Shown in pieces: positions 18,351-27,721 of a stretch of 64,000 bases of DNA (the stretch's first letter is position 1; each line of letters starts with the position of its first letter). Below the pieces are notes generated by a model. That model ran no database searches and was not told the DNA's origin. It worked only from the letters and a program-made list of their open reading frames with translations. Source of the stretch: Candidatus Cloacimonadales bacterium (lineage in GTDB: Bacteria > Cloacimonadota > Cloacimonadia > Cloacimonadales > JAFGVF01). The translations under genes were made by a program, and so were the position numbers. Location: positions 192,001-256,000 of the forward strand of contig CAXXJV010000001.1 in the NCBI GenBank assembly GCA_963663475.2, given 5' to 3'.

Positions 18351-19079
18351 CTACATTTTTCCTTTCATTCGATAGCTATTTCCATCGATCAGGATAGTTT
18401 CAGCATGATGGACTAATCTGTCGACTATTGCTGTAGTGATAACATTATCTCCAAAAGATTCTCCCCATTCTTGAAAAAGTCTGTTTGAGGTTATTATGAC
18501 TGATCTGAATTCATAAAGTTCATTAACAAGCTTAAAGAATAAACTTGCATTAACTGCCTTAATAGGTAAATATCCTATTTCATCAATAATGATTAAATCA
18601 TTTTTTACTAATTTAGATATCCACTTTTTAAAATCATTTTCATTATTGGCTATAATCATTTCATCGATTAATTCATTCATATTGTAAAATATTACCTTGT
18701 ATCCTTTCAAAATAGCTTCATATCCCAAGGCAATAGATATATGCGTCTTACCAACCCCTGGAGGTCCCATTAATATTTTGTTTTCTCTGTTATCGATCCA
18801 ATTAAACTCCTTCCACTCTGTTATCATTCTTTTAGTTACTGAATGCTGATATTTAAAATCGAACTCATCAAAATTCTTTAATATTGGGAAATTTGCCCTT
18901 CTTAATTGCAAAGATATCAATGTCTGATTTCTGCTATTGCATTCATTTTCAATAACATAAGATAAAAAACTAAGATATGATAATTCTTTATCTTGTGCAT
19001 ATTTTAAATATGATTCTAAATTATTAATTGTATGTCTGCATCTAATTCTTAATAAATTTTTCCTTAAATTTTCTATCAT
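18351..19079 (-). CDS. istB: IS21 helper ATPase
   Basis: GPPGVGKTH, IIDEIGY, IITSN, AIVDRLVHH, GNSYR. Confidence 0.96.
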   Translation of the reverse strand: MIENLRKNLLRIRCRHTINNLESYLKYAQDKELSYLSFLSYVIENECNSRNQTLISLQLRRANFPILKNFDEFDFKYQHSVTKRMITEWKEFNWIDNRENKILMGPPGVGKTHISIALGYEAILKGYKVIFYNMNELIDEMIIANNENDFKKWISKLVKNDLIIIDEIGYLPIKAVNASLFFKLVNELYEFRSVIITSNRLFQEWGESFGDNVITTAIVDRLVHHAETILIDGNSYRMKGKM

Positions 19080-20557
19080 TTTATTATCCTATCATATATT
19101 GATAAATCTCTTTGAATTAAAGATTTTTTAGTGTTTTCTTGATTGTATGAATTAGCCTTTTTGATGTTTAGCAATTTGTATTTTTTGTTTTCTTCATTAA
19201 CTATACTTTCAATTTTAGTTGCTCTTATATCTTCTAATTTAAGAACTTTGGAAATTATTATTGACCAATTAAGATGTTTATTATTATTAATAAATTTAAG
19301 TAATGCTAAAAGTTGCTCTCTTGGATTTTTGCTGTTGTTTGAAATAAGAGAATCTAGCAAAATGGAGATATTAATCTTATTGGGGAATAATGCCTTAATT
19401 TCTTCTTTTAATTTCTCAATTGTTTGAGAATAATCGATATAATGACATTGAGATATAATAGGTCTTCTTTTTTCTTGTGATAATCTGTGAGAAGCAACTT
19501 TTTTTCTACTCTTAGTATCTAATATTTCCAAAGAAGTTCCATTCTCTCTTACATATACACTCTTTTGCTGATAGAGATAAGGTACAGAATATTTATTTCT
19601 TTTCCAGGATATTAATCCTGTTTTATCTACTTTTCTAAGTTCTTCGATATATAAATTATAGGATCTAAGGATCTTCTCTTCTTCTTTAAACATATTGCGT
19701 GGAGTTTCATTTAAGGAACTGTGAATTCGATTATTAACCTCTTCAAACCAATCTTTTGCTCTAACTCTTACTTCTGACAAACCACTAAAAACTTCACCAT
19801 AAAGAAAATCTTCTTTTACTTCTCTAACTGCTCTTTCAACTAATCCCTTACTCTCAGGATCATAACCCTCACAAGAATATGGATTTATTGATAGATTGTT
19901 CATAAATTGGAAAAACTTACTATTATAAGTAACCTCTCTATATATTTCTTTGATTACTACTAGTTTTGTTTGATCATAAATCATTGTCTCTGGTATATAT
20001 CCGTAATATTCAAAACATTCTTTATGAGCACTAATAAAATCATCTGTATTATATGGCTTAAACTGGAAATGCACAAAAGTCATTCTTGAATAGCAATATT
20101 TAAACACGCAAAAATATATCTTTTTCCGCTCTTTATTTGATAGTTTAATATAACATTCTCCAGGATCTACTTGCATCTGAATCCCTGGCTTATAACTTAC
20201 GACTTTGTAATATCTTTTTGTTGGTAGTTCTAAGCTCTCTTTAATTCTTTTAGAAAAATTAAAAAAACCTCTTTGACTTATCTGTAAATCTTCATAATCT
20301 CTCTTAAATATTTTGTATAATTTGCTTAGTCTCATCTTTGGATTTGATGATATTTTCTGAGTTATTGCTTCTCTGTGAACTTCTAAAACACTCGGTCTTC
20401 TAACTTTTGTTAAAAGCTCTTCTACTTCATTATCAGGTACATTTAAATAGCGTAAAACAGTTGTTTTAGATACTTTTAACTGCTTGGCTATATCTCTTAC
20501 ACTATTACCTGCTTTGCTTAACGACTTGATTGCATGATACACTTTGGCTCCTTTCAT
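19076..20557 (-). CDS. istA: IS21 transposase
   Basis: N-terminal HTH, QMQVD, YSR, YDQTK, PESKGLVE, NNRIHS, NKYSVP; ATGA overlap with istB. Confidence 0.95.
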   Translation of the reverse strand: MKGAKVYHAIKSLSKAGNSVRDIAKQLKVSKTTVLRYLNVPDNEVEELLTKVRRPSVLEVHREAITQKISSNPKMRLSKLYKIFKRDYEDLQISQRGFFNFSKRIKESLELPTKRYYKVVSYKPGIQMQVDPGECYIKLSNKERKKIYFCVFKYCYSRMTFVHFQFKPYNTDDFISAHKECFEYYGYIPETMIYDQTKLVVIKEIYREVTYNSKFFQFMNNLSINPYSCEGYDPESKGLVERAVREVKEDFLYGEVFSGLSEVRVRAKDWFEEVNNRIHSSLNETPRNMFKEEEKILRSYNLYIEELRKVDKTGLISWKRNKYSVPYLYQQKSVYVRENGTSLEILDTKSRKKVASHRLSQEKRRPIISQCHYIDYSQTIEKLKEEIKALFPNKINISILLDSLISNNSKNPREQLLALLKFINNNKHLNWSIIISKVLKLEDIRATKIESIVNEENKKYKLLNIKKANSYNQENTKKSLIQRDLSIYDRIIK

Positions 20558-20646
20558 ATTGTCTCCAGGAATTTTTACTTTTTTACTCCTGAAAACTGTA
20601 CCAGATTAAACTGCCATTTGTGTACCAGTTTAAACTTCCATCTACA

Positions 20647-20892
20647 GGACTTCGGGCGAAAGACCAATCCCGTAAGCACTTGTCTTCTGCGTAACCGCGG
20701 GCTGGAATCCCGCGACCCAATCCCGTAACCGCTTTATTATCTGCGTAACCGCGGGCTGGAATCCCTTTCAGCTCGTAAGAGCGGTATGAGAGGGGTGCCG
20801 TAAGGCGGGGAGAGTAAACAATCCCCTTTCAGCTCGTCAGAGCGGTATGAGAGGGGTGCCGTAAGGCGGGGAGAGTAACAATCCCCTTTCAG
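20647..20892 (+). repeat. Modular repeat array, part 2 (C end, A, A', B, B, start of B)
   Basis: Continues the C module interrupted by IS21; ends in a B module cut by IS3. Confidence 0.9.
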
Positions 20893-20944
20893 TGTGTCGT
20901 TCCATAAAAGTGGACTAGAAAATTAAACAAACTAGGAGCTTGAA

Positions 20945-21367
20945 ATGGAAAGAAAAAAGAATATGACTCATAAGATTCAAAAGACCTATAGTGAAAGTTT
21001 TAAAATTAAAGTTGTTGACGAAATAGAGAAGGGAGATTTAACTCAAGCTGGAGCTTGTAGACTTTACAATATTTCAGTTAGCAATGTGAGTAGATGGGTT
21101 GCCAATTATGGTATGAATGAACGAGTTGGAAAAAAGGTGGTAGTTATGACCGATAGAGAAATACGTGAATCTGACCTTTTAAGGAAAGAGAATAAGCAGT
21201 TAAAACGAGCATTAGAAGATAGTCAGTTCTCCAACGAAGTTCTAGAGAAATATATTCATTATATTGCAGAACAAAATGGTATTGATTTAAAAAAAAAGAT
21301 CGATTCAGGTTTATCAGAAGATACTCAGAAACTCTTGATTTCAAGGTTGCTAAAAGGTCAGGAATAA
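20945..21367 (+). CDS. IS3-family OrfA (HTH)
   Basis: YSESFKIKVV, HTH, coiled-coil LRKENKQLKRAL, LKKK on an A9G slippery run at ~21289-21298. Confidence 0.88.
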   Translation: MERKKNMTHKIQKTYSESFKIKVVDEIEKGDLTQAGACRLYNISVSNVSRWVANYGMNERVGKKVVVMTDREIRESDLLRKENKQLKRALEDSQFSNEVLEKYIHYIAEQNGIDLKKKIDSGLSEDTQKLLISRLLKGQE

Positions 21368-21372
21368 GCCAA

Positions 21373-22158
21373 ATGTGTAGTTTATTACAAGTATCTAAAT
21401 CAGGTTACTATAAATATCTTCAAACTGTCTCCCAGAGTTCTACAAATGACTCCCTATGTCTCTCCAGAGTTAAACAATATAGAAAAATTCAGCCTTATGC
21501 AGGCACTTATAAATGTTGGAAAATGCTACATAATGATGGTTTTAAAATTGGGAGAAATCATCTTAACTGCCTGCTTAAAGAACATAATATGTTGATCAGG
21601 AAGAAGAAGAAATATTGCAAAACTTCAATATCAGATGGTAGTAAGGTATATCCTAATTTACTTAAAGATACCGAAGTAAAGAGGAAAAATCAAGTTTGGG
21701 TAACTGATATTACTTATATTTCTAAAGGCAAAGGGTTTTATTATTTGTTTTTGCTAAGTGATATGTATACTAGACAGATATTGGATTATGAAGTTTCTTC
21801 TAATATGTTGACTGATAATCATATAAGGATGTTAAAAAGACAGCTAAACCATGTTGATAATGCTAACGATCTTATTCATCATTCAGATCATGGTTCTCAA
21901 TATACAAGTAATGAGACTATTAGCCTTCTGAAAAAGCATGGTATAAAGATTAGTATGACTGGTGATGGTAAATGCTATGATAACCCTATTGCTGAAAGAA
22001 TAAACTGCACAATGAAGCATGAATTTGGTTTAAATCGGACATTTAGCACTATAGAAAGTCTTAAAAAAGCTACTAAAGATGCAGTAATGATCTATAACTC
22101 TCAGAGACTTCACAAAAGTTTGGGGTATTTTACTCCAAATGATTTTGCAAATCATTAA
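21373..22158 (+). CDS. IS3-family OrfB DDE transposase, probably expressed as an OrfAB -1 frameshift fusion
   Basis: VSKSGYY, WVTDITYI, HHSDHGSQY, DNPIAERIN.TMK.E, YN..R.H.SLG..TP. Confidence 0.93.
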   Translation: MCSLLQVSKSGYYKYLQTVSQSSTNDSLCLSRVKQYRKIQPYAGTYKCWKMLHNDGFKIGRNHLNCLLKEHNMLIRKKKKYCKTSISDGSKVYPNLLKDTEVKRKNQVWVTDITYISKGKGFYYLFLLSDMYTRQILDYEVSSNMLTDNHIRMLKRQLNHVDNANDLIHHSDHGSQYTSNETISLLKKHGIKISMTGDGKCYDNPIAERINCTMKHEFGLNRTFSTIESLKKATKDAVMIYNSQRLHKSLGYFTPNDFANH

Positions 22159-22345
22159 AAGAGGTTACCAGATGATGAACAGATACTTAGCTGAATGTAT
22201 TTTCTTTTGGAAAATGCGACTAAATTACGAATGCAAAATGGAGTCGACAACAGAACTCAAAAGTATGAGTAAATGTCTCATTTTTCAAAAGAGATACATG
22301 ACTCAGGATACATAAAAAAGGTGTCCACTATATTGGTACTTGACA

Positions 22346-23322
22346 CAGCTCGTAAGAGCGGTATGAGAGGGGTGCCGTAAGGCGGGGAGAGTAAACAATC
22401 CCCTTCACACAGACCGGAGTTCCTCAGCCGTAGGCAAGGGACTTCGGGCGAAAGACCAATCCCATAAGCACTTGTCTTCTGCGTAACCGCGGGCTGGAAT
22501 CCCGCGACCCAATCCCATAACCACTTTATTATCTGCGTAACCACGGGCTGGAATCCCGCGACCCAATCCCATAAGCACTTGTCATCTACGCAACCGCGGG
22601 CTGGAATCCCGCGACCCAATCCCGTAAGCACTTGTCTTCTGCGTAACCGCGGGCTGGATCCCCTTTCAGCTCGTCAGAGCGGTGTGAGAGGGGTGCCGTA
22701 AGGCGGGGAGAGTAAACAATCCCCTTTCAGCTCGTAAGAGCGGTATGAGAGGGGTGCCGTGAGGCGGGGAGAGTAAACAATCCCCTTCACACAGACCGGA
22801 GTTCCTCAGCCGTAGGCAAGGGACTTCGGGCGAAAGACCAATCCCATAAGCACTTGTCTTCTGCGTAACCGCGGGCTGGAATCCCGCGACCCAATTACGT
22901 AACCGCTTTATTATCTGCGTAACCGCGGGCTGGAATCCCGCGACCCAATCCCATAACCACTTTATTATCTGCGTAACCACGGGCTGGAATCCCGCGACCC
23001 AATCCAGTAACCACTTGTCATCTGCGTAAATGCGGGCTGGAATCCCGCGACCCAATCCCGTAACCGTTTGTCATCTGCGTAACCGCGGGCTGGAATCCCG
23101 CGACCCAATCCCGTAAGCACTTGTCTTCTGCGTAAATGCGGGCTGGAATCCCGCGACCCAATCCCGTAACCGCTTGTCATCTGCGTAACCGCGGGCTGGA
23201 ATCCCGCGACCCAATCCCGTAACCGCTTGTCATCTACGTAACCGCGGGCTGGAATCCCGCGACCCAATCCCGTAACCACTTGTTATCTGCGTAAGCGCGG
23301 GCTGGAATACCGTGTTCCCAGT
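22346..23322 (+). repeat. Modular repeat array, part 3 (B, C, A x4, B x2, C, A x9)
   Basis: 53-54 bp A units with hairpins at 22488-22648 (4) and 22870-23296 (9), interleaved with ~61-bp B and ~50-bp C modules. Confidence 0.95.
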
Positions 23323-23349
23323 TAGAGCTGTTCGTAAAGGTCTACTGCA

Positions 23350-24003
23350 TTATTTGGGTTTAATAGCATTTAGGAGTAAATCTAAGTAACTATGATACCA
23401 GTTGGTATTGGTTTCATCAGAAAATGGTTGGTTAAGGACAGTTCTTTTATGATTAACAACAGCTGAGGCACAGGCTCTTAGGGTTAGGACTAATTGACCA
23501 AGGAAGTAGTCAATTTTCAGATCAGATCTAATAGAGCCGTCATCAATTCCCTTTTGGAGAGCATCAATAATTAGTTTGGAAGATCTTTCATTAAGATTCA
23601 TAAATCTATCAACAAGGTCTTGAGGAAGTTTATCAAATTCTAAGGGACGAAAGTCTAAGTATTGTTGATGAAAAAGAATTTCAGGATTTTCTTTGTAGAA
23701 ATTAAAGTAAGCTTGACCAAAGTTTTTTATTTCTTCAAAGCCAGTATCACAATGCTTCATATTTTGATAAAGATATTCAGTTCTTTTTTCAAAGCCTCGA
23801 CAATATACTTCCAGATAGATTTCATCTTTACAGCATAAATAAGTGTAGAGAGTTGCTTTAGTATAATGAACTGCTTCAGCTAACTGATTCAAGGTAACAG
23901 CTTCATAGCCAAATTCATAAAATAGTTTTTCAGCATTATCTATAATAAAAGTTCTTCTCAATTCAAATTCTCTTTGTTTCCTTTCAGACATTCCTTTTGC
24001 CAT
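23350..24003 (-). CDS. TetR/AcrR family transcriptional regulator
   Basis: IIDNAEKLFYEFGYEAVTLNQLAEAVHYTKATLYTY HTH; GIDDGSIRSD. Confidence 0.92.
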   Translation of the reverse strand: MAKGMSERKQREFELRRTFIIDNAEKLFYEFGYEAVTLNQLAEAVHYTKATLYTYLCCKDEIYLEVYCRGFEKRTEYLYQNMKHCDTGFEEIKNFGQAYFNFYKENPEILFHQQYLDFRPLEFDKLPQDLVDRFMNLNERSSKLIIDALQKGIDDGSIRSDLKIDYFLGQLVLTLRACASAVVNHKRTVLNQPFSDETNTNWYHSYLDLLLNAIKPK

Positions 24004-24327
24004 TGTTTACTTCCTTTTTATGTAAATCTGAGTTAATCATATTAATTCACGGGTTGACTTGATTAATAAACCCATAGTTTAAAATATTTTAAATCCTCCT
24101 AATATGTCAAGAAAAAATACTTTATATTCTTGACAAAATTCACTCTACTAAAAGTTGTCGATAATAAAAAGAGTTAGCCATGTAGTTTTTTAACCCAGAT
24201 AGTGTAGTAGAGCTTTAGTGAAGAGTGCAGATTATTCTATTCTTACTAAGCTTAGATACAGGTTATTCGGTTAAAATAAACAAGTGTTATTAAATAGATA
24301 AAATAATAGATCAATATAGGAGACTAA

Positions 24328-25317
24328 ATGACAAGAAAACACAAAGCCATAGCCCTCTTTTCTGGAGGTTTAGATAGCATGCTTGCAGTATTGCATATGC
24401 AGAAATTAGGATATCAAGTCATCCCTATATTCTTTGAGAGTCCTTTTTATCCTGCGACTAAAGCCAGACATGGAGCAAAAGTAGCAGGTTTAAAGATAGA
24501 AGTTGTTGATATTACCTCAGACTTGATAGAAGTCCTTAAAAATCCTAGGTATGGATTTGGTAAACATTTAAACCCATGTATTGATTGCCATGGATTAATG
24601 TTTAGAAAGGCAGCAGAGATGCTAGACAAGTTGCAAGCAGACTTTATAATATCTGGTGAGGTAATGGGACAGAGACCAATGTCTCAGAGACCTGACTCTA
24701 TGAATGCAGTTGCTAAGCTAAGTGGAGTTAAAGACTTGCTGGTTCGCCCTCTCTGTCAAAAGTTCCTTTCAGATACCAAGCCTATTAGAGAAGGTTGGGT
24801 TGATAAAGATGAGCTCTTAGACATTCATGGAAGAGGAAGGTACCGTCAACTTGCTCTTGCTGAGGAATTTGGATTAAAAGACTTTGAAATGCCAGGTGGT
24901 GGTTGTCTGTTAACAGATAAGCAAGTTTCTCAGAAGGTAGCTGACTTACTCAAGCACGACCAACTAACCCCTTATTATCTTCGTTTCTTACAAGAAGGTA
25001 GAAGGGTTAGGATCTCAGAAAATATGCTACTAATTGTTACCAGAACCAAATTTGAAAGTGATTATATCACCCCAAAATTAGAGGATGAGATTGTCATAAA
25101 AGCTGCTGATATTGCAGGTCCATTAGGAGTTATCTTAGGACAAGACTATTCTCAAGAAGATTTATATATGGCTGGAAGAGTTATTCTTTCTTATATTAAT
25201 AAATTGAAAGTTGCTAAAGCTAAGATTGAATATGGGAAAAAATTCAAGCTAACTAATAGTTTTGAAGTTGAGGCTCTGGACAGACAAGAACTCAATAAAA
25301 TGTTAATTAATAAATAG
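24328..25317 (+). CDS. PP-loop tRNA thiouridylase-like protein (ThiI/MnmA-related)
   Basis: ALFSGGLDS, NPCIDCH, SGEVMGQRPMSQ, LVRPL, PGGGCLLTD. Confidence 0.85.
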   Translation: MTRKHKAIALFSGGLDSMLAVLHMQKLGYQVIPIFFESPFYPATKARHGAKVAGLKIEVVDITSDLIEVLKNPRYGFGKHLNPCIDCHGLMFRKAAEMLDKLQADFIISGEVMGQRPMSQRPDSMNAVAKLSGVKDLLVRPLCQKFLSDTKPIREGWVDKDELLDIHGRGRYRQLALAEEFGLKDFEMPGGGCLLTDKQVSQKVADLLKHDQLTPYYLRFLQEGRRVRISENMLLIVTRTKFESDYITPKLEDEIVIKAADIAGPLGVILGQDYSQEDLYMAGRVILSYINKLKVAKAKIEYGKKFKLTNSFEVEALDRQELNKMLINK

Positions 25318-25325
25318 AGGAAAAA

Positions 25326-25964
25326 ATGAAATATAAAGTATATAATATTTTGCCAGAATACGGAACAAATACTATCTTACTATGGGATGATGAGAGTAAG
25401 GAAGCCCTCCTTATTGATCCAGGTAAGACTTCTTCGGACCTTCACAAAGAAATAATAAGCATGGGTTTAGAGGTCAAGGGCATACTTAATACCCATGGAC
25501 ATGCTGACCATATTGGTGGTAATGAATATTTTAAAGAAAAATTTAAATGCCCTATTATGATTCATGCAGATGATCAAGCAATGCTTACAGATAGCAAAAA
25601 GAACCTAAGTGCTTTTATGGGACAGGATATTTTATCTCCCCAAGCTGACGTAATTTTGCAGGAAGGAGATAAGATTAACTTGGGTAAATATACCTTTGAA
25701 GTAATCCATACACCTGGTCACACCCAAGGAGGAATTTCTTTATATGGACATAAGATTCTCATCTCAGGAGATACCCTCTTCCAACTAAGTGTAGGAAGAA
25801 CTGACTTCCCAGGTGGTTCTTTTGAGAAATTAGAAAAATCAATTAAAGAAAAACTCTTTATTCTTCCCGACGAAACAATTGTTATCCCAGGACATGGTGG
25901 TTTTACTTCCATAGATAGAGAAAAATTAGAAAACCCTTTTATAGGCTTAGCCTCAAGAATATAG
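25326..25964 (+). CDS. MBL-fold metallo-hydrolase (glyoxalase II-like)
   Basis: THGHADHIGG, HTPGHT, SGDTLF, GRTD.PGG, PGHG. Confidence 0.93.
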   Translation: MKYKVYNILPEYGTNTILLWDDESKEALLIDPGKTSSDLHKEIISMGLEVKGILNTHGHADHIGGNEYFKEKFKCPIMIHADDQAMLTDSKKNLSAFMGQDILSPQADVILQEGDKINLGKYTFEVIHTPGHTQGGISLYGHKILISGDTLFQLSVGRTDFPGGSFEKLEKSIKEKLFILPDETIVIPGHGGFTSIDREKLENPFIGLASRI

Positions 25965-25987
25965 AAAAACAAATTAGGAGAATATAG

Positions 25988-27523
25988 ATGAACCATGAGT
26001 TGCTGTTGATTTTAGATTTTGGCTCTCAATATACCCAATTGATTGCCAAACAAATCAGAAAAATGAAAGTATATTGCGAAATAGTTCCTTTCAACATATC
26101 CTATCAAGAAGTCTTAGATAAAAAGCCTAAAGCCCTTATTCTATCAGGAAGTCCTTACAGTGTTTATGCTGAAGATGCTCCTATTCCTGATCAAAGAATA
26201 TTAGATTTGCCACTTCCAATCTTAGCTGTCTGCTATGGAATGCAGCTGATTGCCCATTTATCAGGTTATAAAGTTGATAAATCAAATGAACGTGAGTTTG
26301 GCTATGCTAAACTTAAAATAATTAATCATGATAATATTTTTAAAGATCTAGCTGATGAAGAAATCGTGTGGATGAGTCATGGTGATAAAGTTCATAACAT
26401 TAATGAGGAATTTGAAAAACTTGCCTATTCTGATAATTGTGAATACGGAGCAATCAAACATAAAGAAAAGCCACTCTACTGCTTGCAGTTCCACCCCGAA
26501 GTTGTTCATACAGACAAGGGTTATAAAATGCTAAGTAACTTCGTAGATTTAGTAGGTTTTAAAAAGGACTGGACCTCTATCTCTTATATCCAAGGTGCTA
26601 TTGCTCAAATTAAAGAGCAAGTAGGGGATAAACAAGTTATCTTAGGCCTCTCTGGTGGTGTAGATTCTTCTGTAGCCTGTGCCCTTCTCTATAAAGCAAT
26701 TGGAGATAAACTAATACCTATCTTTGTGGATAATGGTCTGCTACGTAAAAATGAAGTAGAAGAAGTGGAAAAGATCTTCACTGAAGGATTTGGTATAAAG
26801 TTAAATACTGTAAGAGCAGCTGATATCTTCTTGTCTAAACTGGCAGGCGTTGTTGATCCTGAACAAAAAAGAAAAATAATTGGTAATACCTTCATTGAAA
26901 TATTCGACCAAGAAGCAAAAAAATTCCCTGAAGCTAAATTCTTAGCCCAAGGTACCCTCTACCCCGATGTGATTGAAAGTGTCTCTTTCAAAGGACCTTC
27001 TGCTACTATTAAATCTCACCATAATGTAGGTGGACTTCCCGAAAAAATGAATATGGAATTAGTAGAGCCACTGCGTGAACTCTTTAAAGATGAAGTTAGA
27101 AATGTGGGCAGAGAATTAGGTCTTAATGCTACTTTAGTGGATAGACACCCCTTCCCAGGACCTGGTTTAGCTGTCAGAATCATTAGTGATATTACGCCAG
27201 AAAAAGTTGAATTACTACAAAATATTGACCATATATTTATCTCTGAATTACGTGATAAAGGACTTTACAATAAGACTTGGCAGGCCTTTGCTGTTCTCCT
27301 TCCTATCCAATCTGTTGGGGTTATGGGAGATGAAAGAACTTATGAAAATGTCTGTGCCTTGAGAGCTGTTAATTCTTCTGATGGTATGACTGCTGACTGG
27401 ACAGAATTTCCTTATGAATTCTTGAAAAGAGTTTCTAATAGGATAATTAATGAAGTGCGAGGGGTTAATAGAGTTGTATATGATATTAGCTCAAAACCAC
27501 CTGCAACAATTGAATGGGAATAA
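25988..27523 (+). CDS. guaA: GMP synthase (glutamine-hydrolysing)
   Basis: LDFGSQYTQLIA, CYGMQ, QFHPEV, SGGVDS, HPFPGPGL, KPPATIEWE. Confidence 0.98.
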   Translation: MNHELLLILDFGSQYTQLIAKQIRKMKVYCEIVPFNISYQEVLDKKPKALILSGSPYSVYAEDAPIPDQRILDLPLPILAVCYGMQLIAHLSGYKVDKSNEREFGYAKLKIINHDNIFKDLADEEIVWMSHGDKVHNINEEFEKLAYSDNCEYGAIKHKEKPLYCLQFHPEVVHTDKGYKMLSNFVDLVGFKKDWTSISYIQGAIAQIKEQVGDKQVILGLSGGVDSSVACALLYKAIGDKLIPIFVDNGLLRKNEVEEVEKIFTEGFGIKLNTVRAADIFLSKLAGVVDPEQKRKIIGNTFIEIFDQEAKKFPEAKFLAQGTLYPDVIESVSFKGPSATIKSHHNVGGLPEKMNMELVEPLRELFKDEVRNVGRELGLNATLVDRHPFPGPGLAVRIISDITPEKVELLQNIDHIFISELRDKGLYNKTWQAFAVLLPIQSVGVMGDERTYENVCALRAVNSSDGMTADWTEFPYEFLKRVSNRIINEVRGVNRVVYDISSKPPATIEWE

Positions 27524-27651
27524 GCCCAAATAATGCTATAGACCTTTGCGAATAGCAGAATCTTCTTTTGCAAAAGAGTCTAGCATTCTTCACCTGTGAT
27601 ACGTAGCTTTAGCGAAGTGTTATCAAAGTTCTACTACACCATTCGGGATAA
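27521..27651. repeat. MITE-like element, internally shortened copy, overlapping the guaA stop codon
   Basis: TAAGCCCAAAT...ATTCGGGATAA ends; internal blocks match 35041-35240. Confidence 0.65.
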
Positions 27652-27677
27652 AAAGTAAAAATATATTTAGCAAGCCA

Positions 27678-27707
27678 AAGAAAGCCCTGCGAACGCAGGG
27701 CTTTCTT
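27678..27707. terminator. Bidirectional intrinsic terminator
   Basis: aagaaagccctgcg-aa-cgcagggctttctt between convergent genes. Confidence 0.8.
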
Positions 27708-27721
27708 GTATTTTCTTTAGG

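Larger units (their letters stand above)
18281..20646 (-). mobile_element. IS21-family element (copy A), 2366 bp, 5-bp target duplication GGACT
   Basis: Ends TGTCAATGGAAGTTTAAACTGGTACAC / TGTAGATGGAAGTTTAAACTGGTACAC with internal repeats; GGACT at 18276-18280 and 20647-20651. Confidence 0.95.
20893..22345 (+). mobile_element. IS3-family element, 1453 bp, 3-bp target duplication CAG
   Basis: IRL TGTGTCGTTCCATAAAAGTGGAC, IRR (rc) TGTCAAGTACCAATATAGTGGAC; CAG at 20890-20892 and 22346-22348. Confidence 0.93.

Noticed and set aside
22457-23322. CRISPR array (regular hairpin repeats, also 7441-7806)
   Set aside because: The inter-hairpin segments are near-identical variants rather than unique spacers, no cas genes are present, and the same hairpin flanks a RAYT gene
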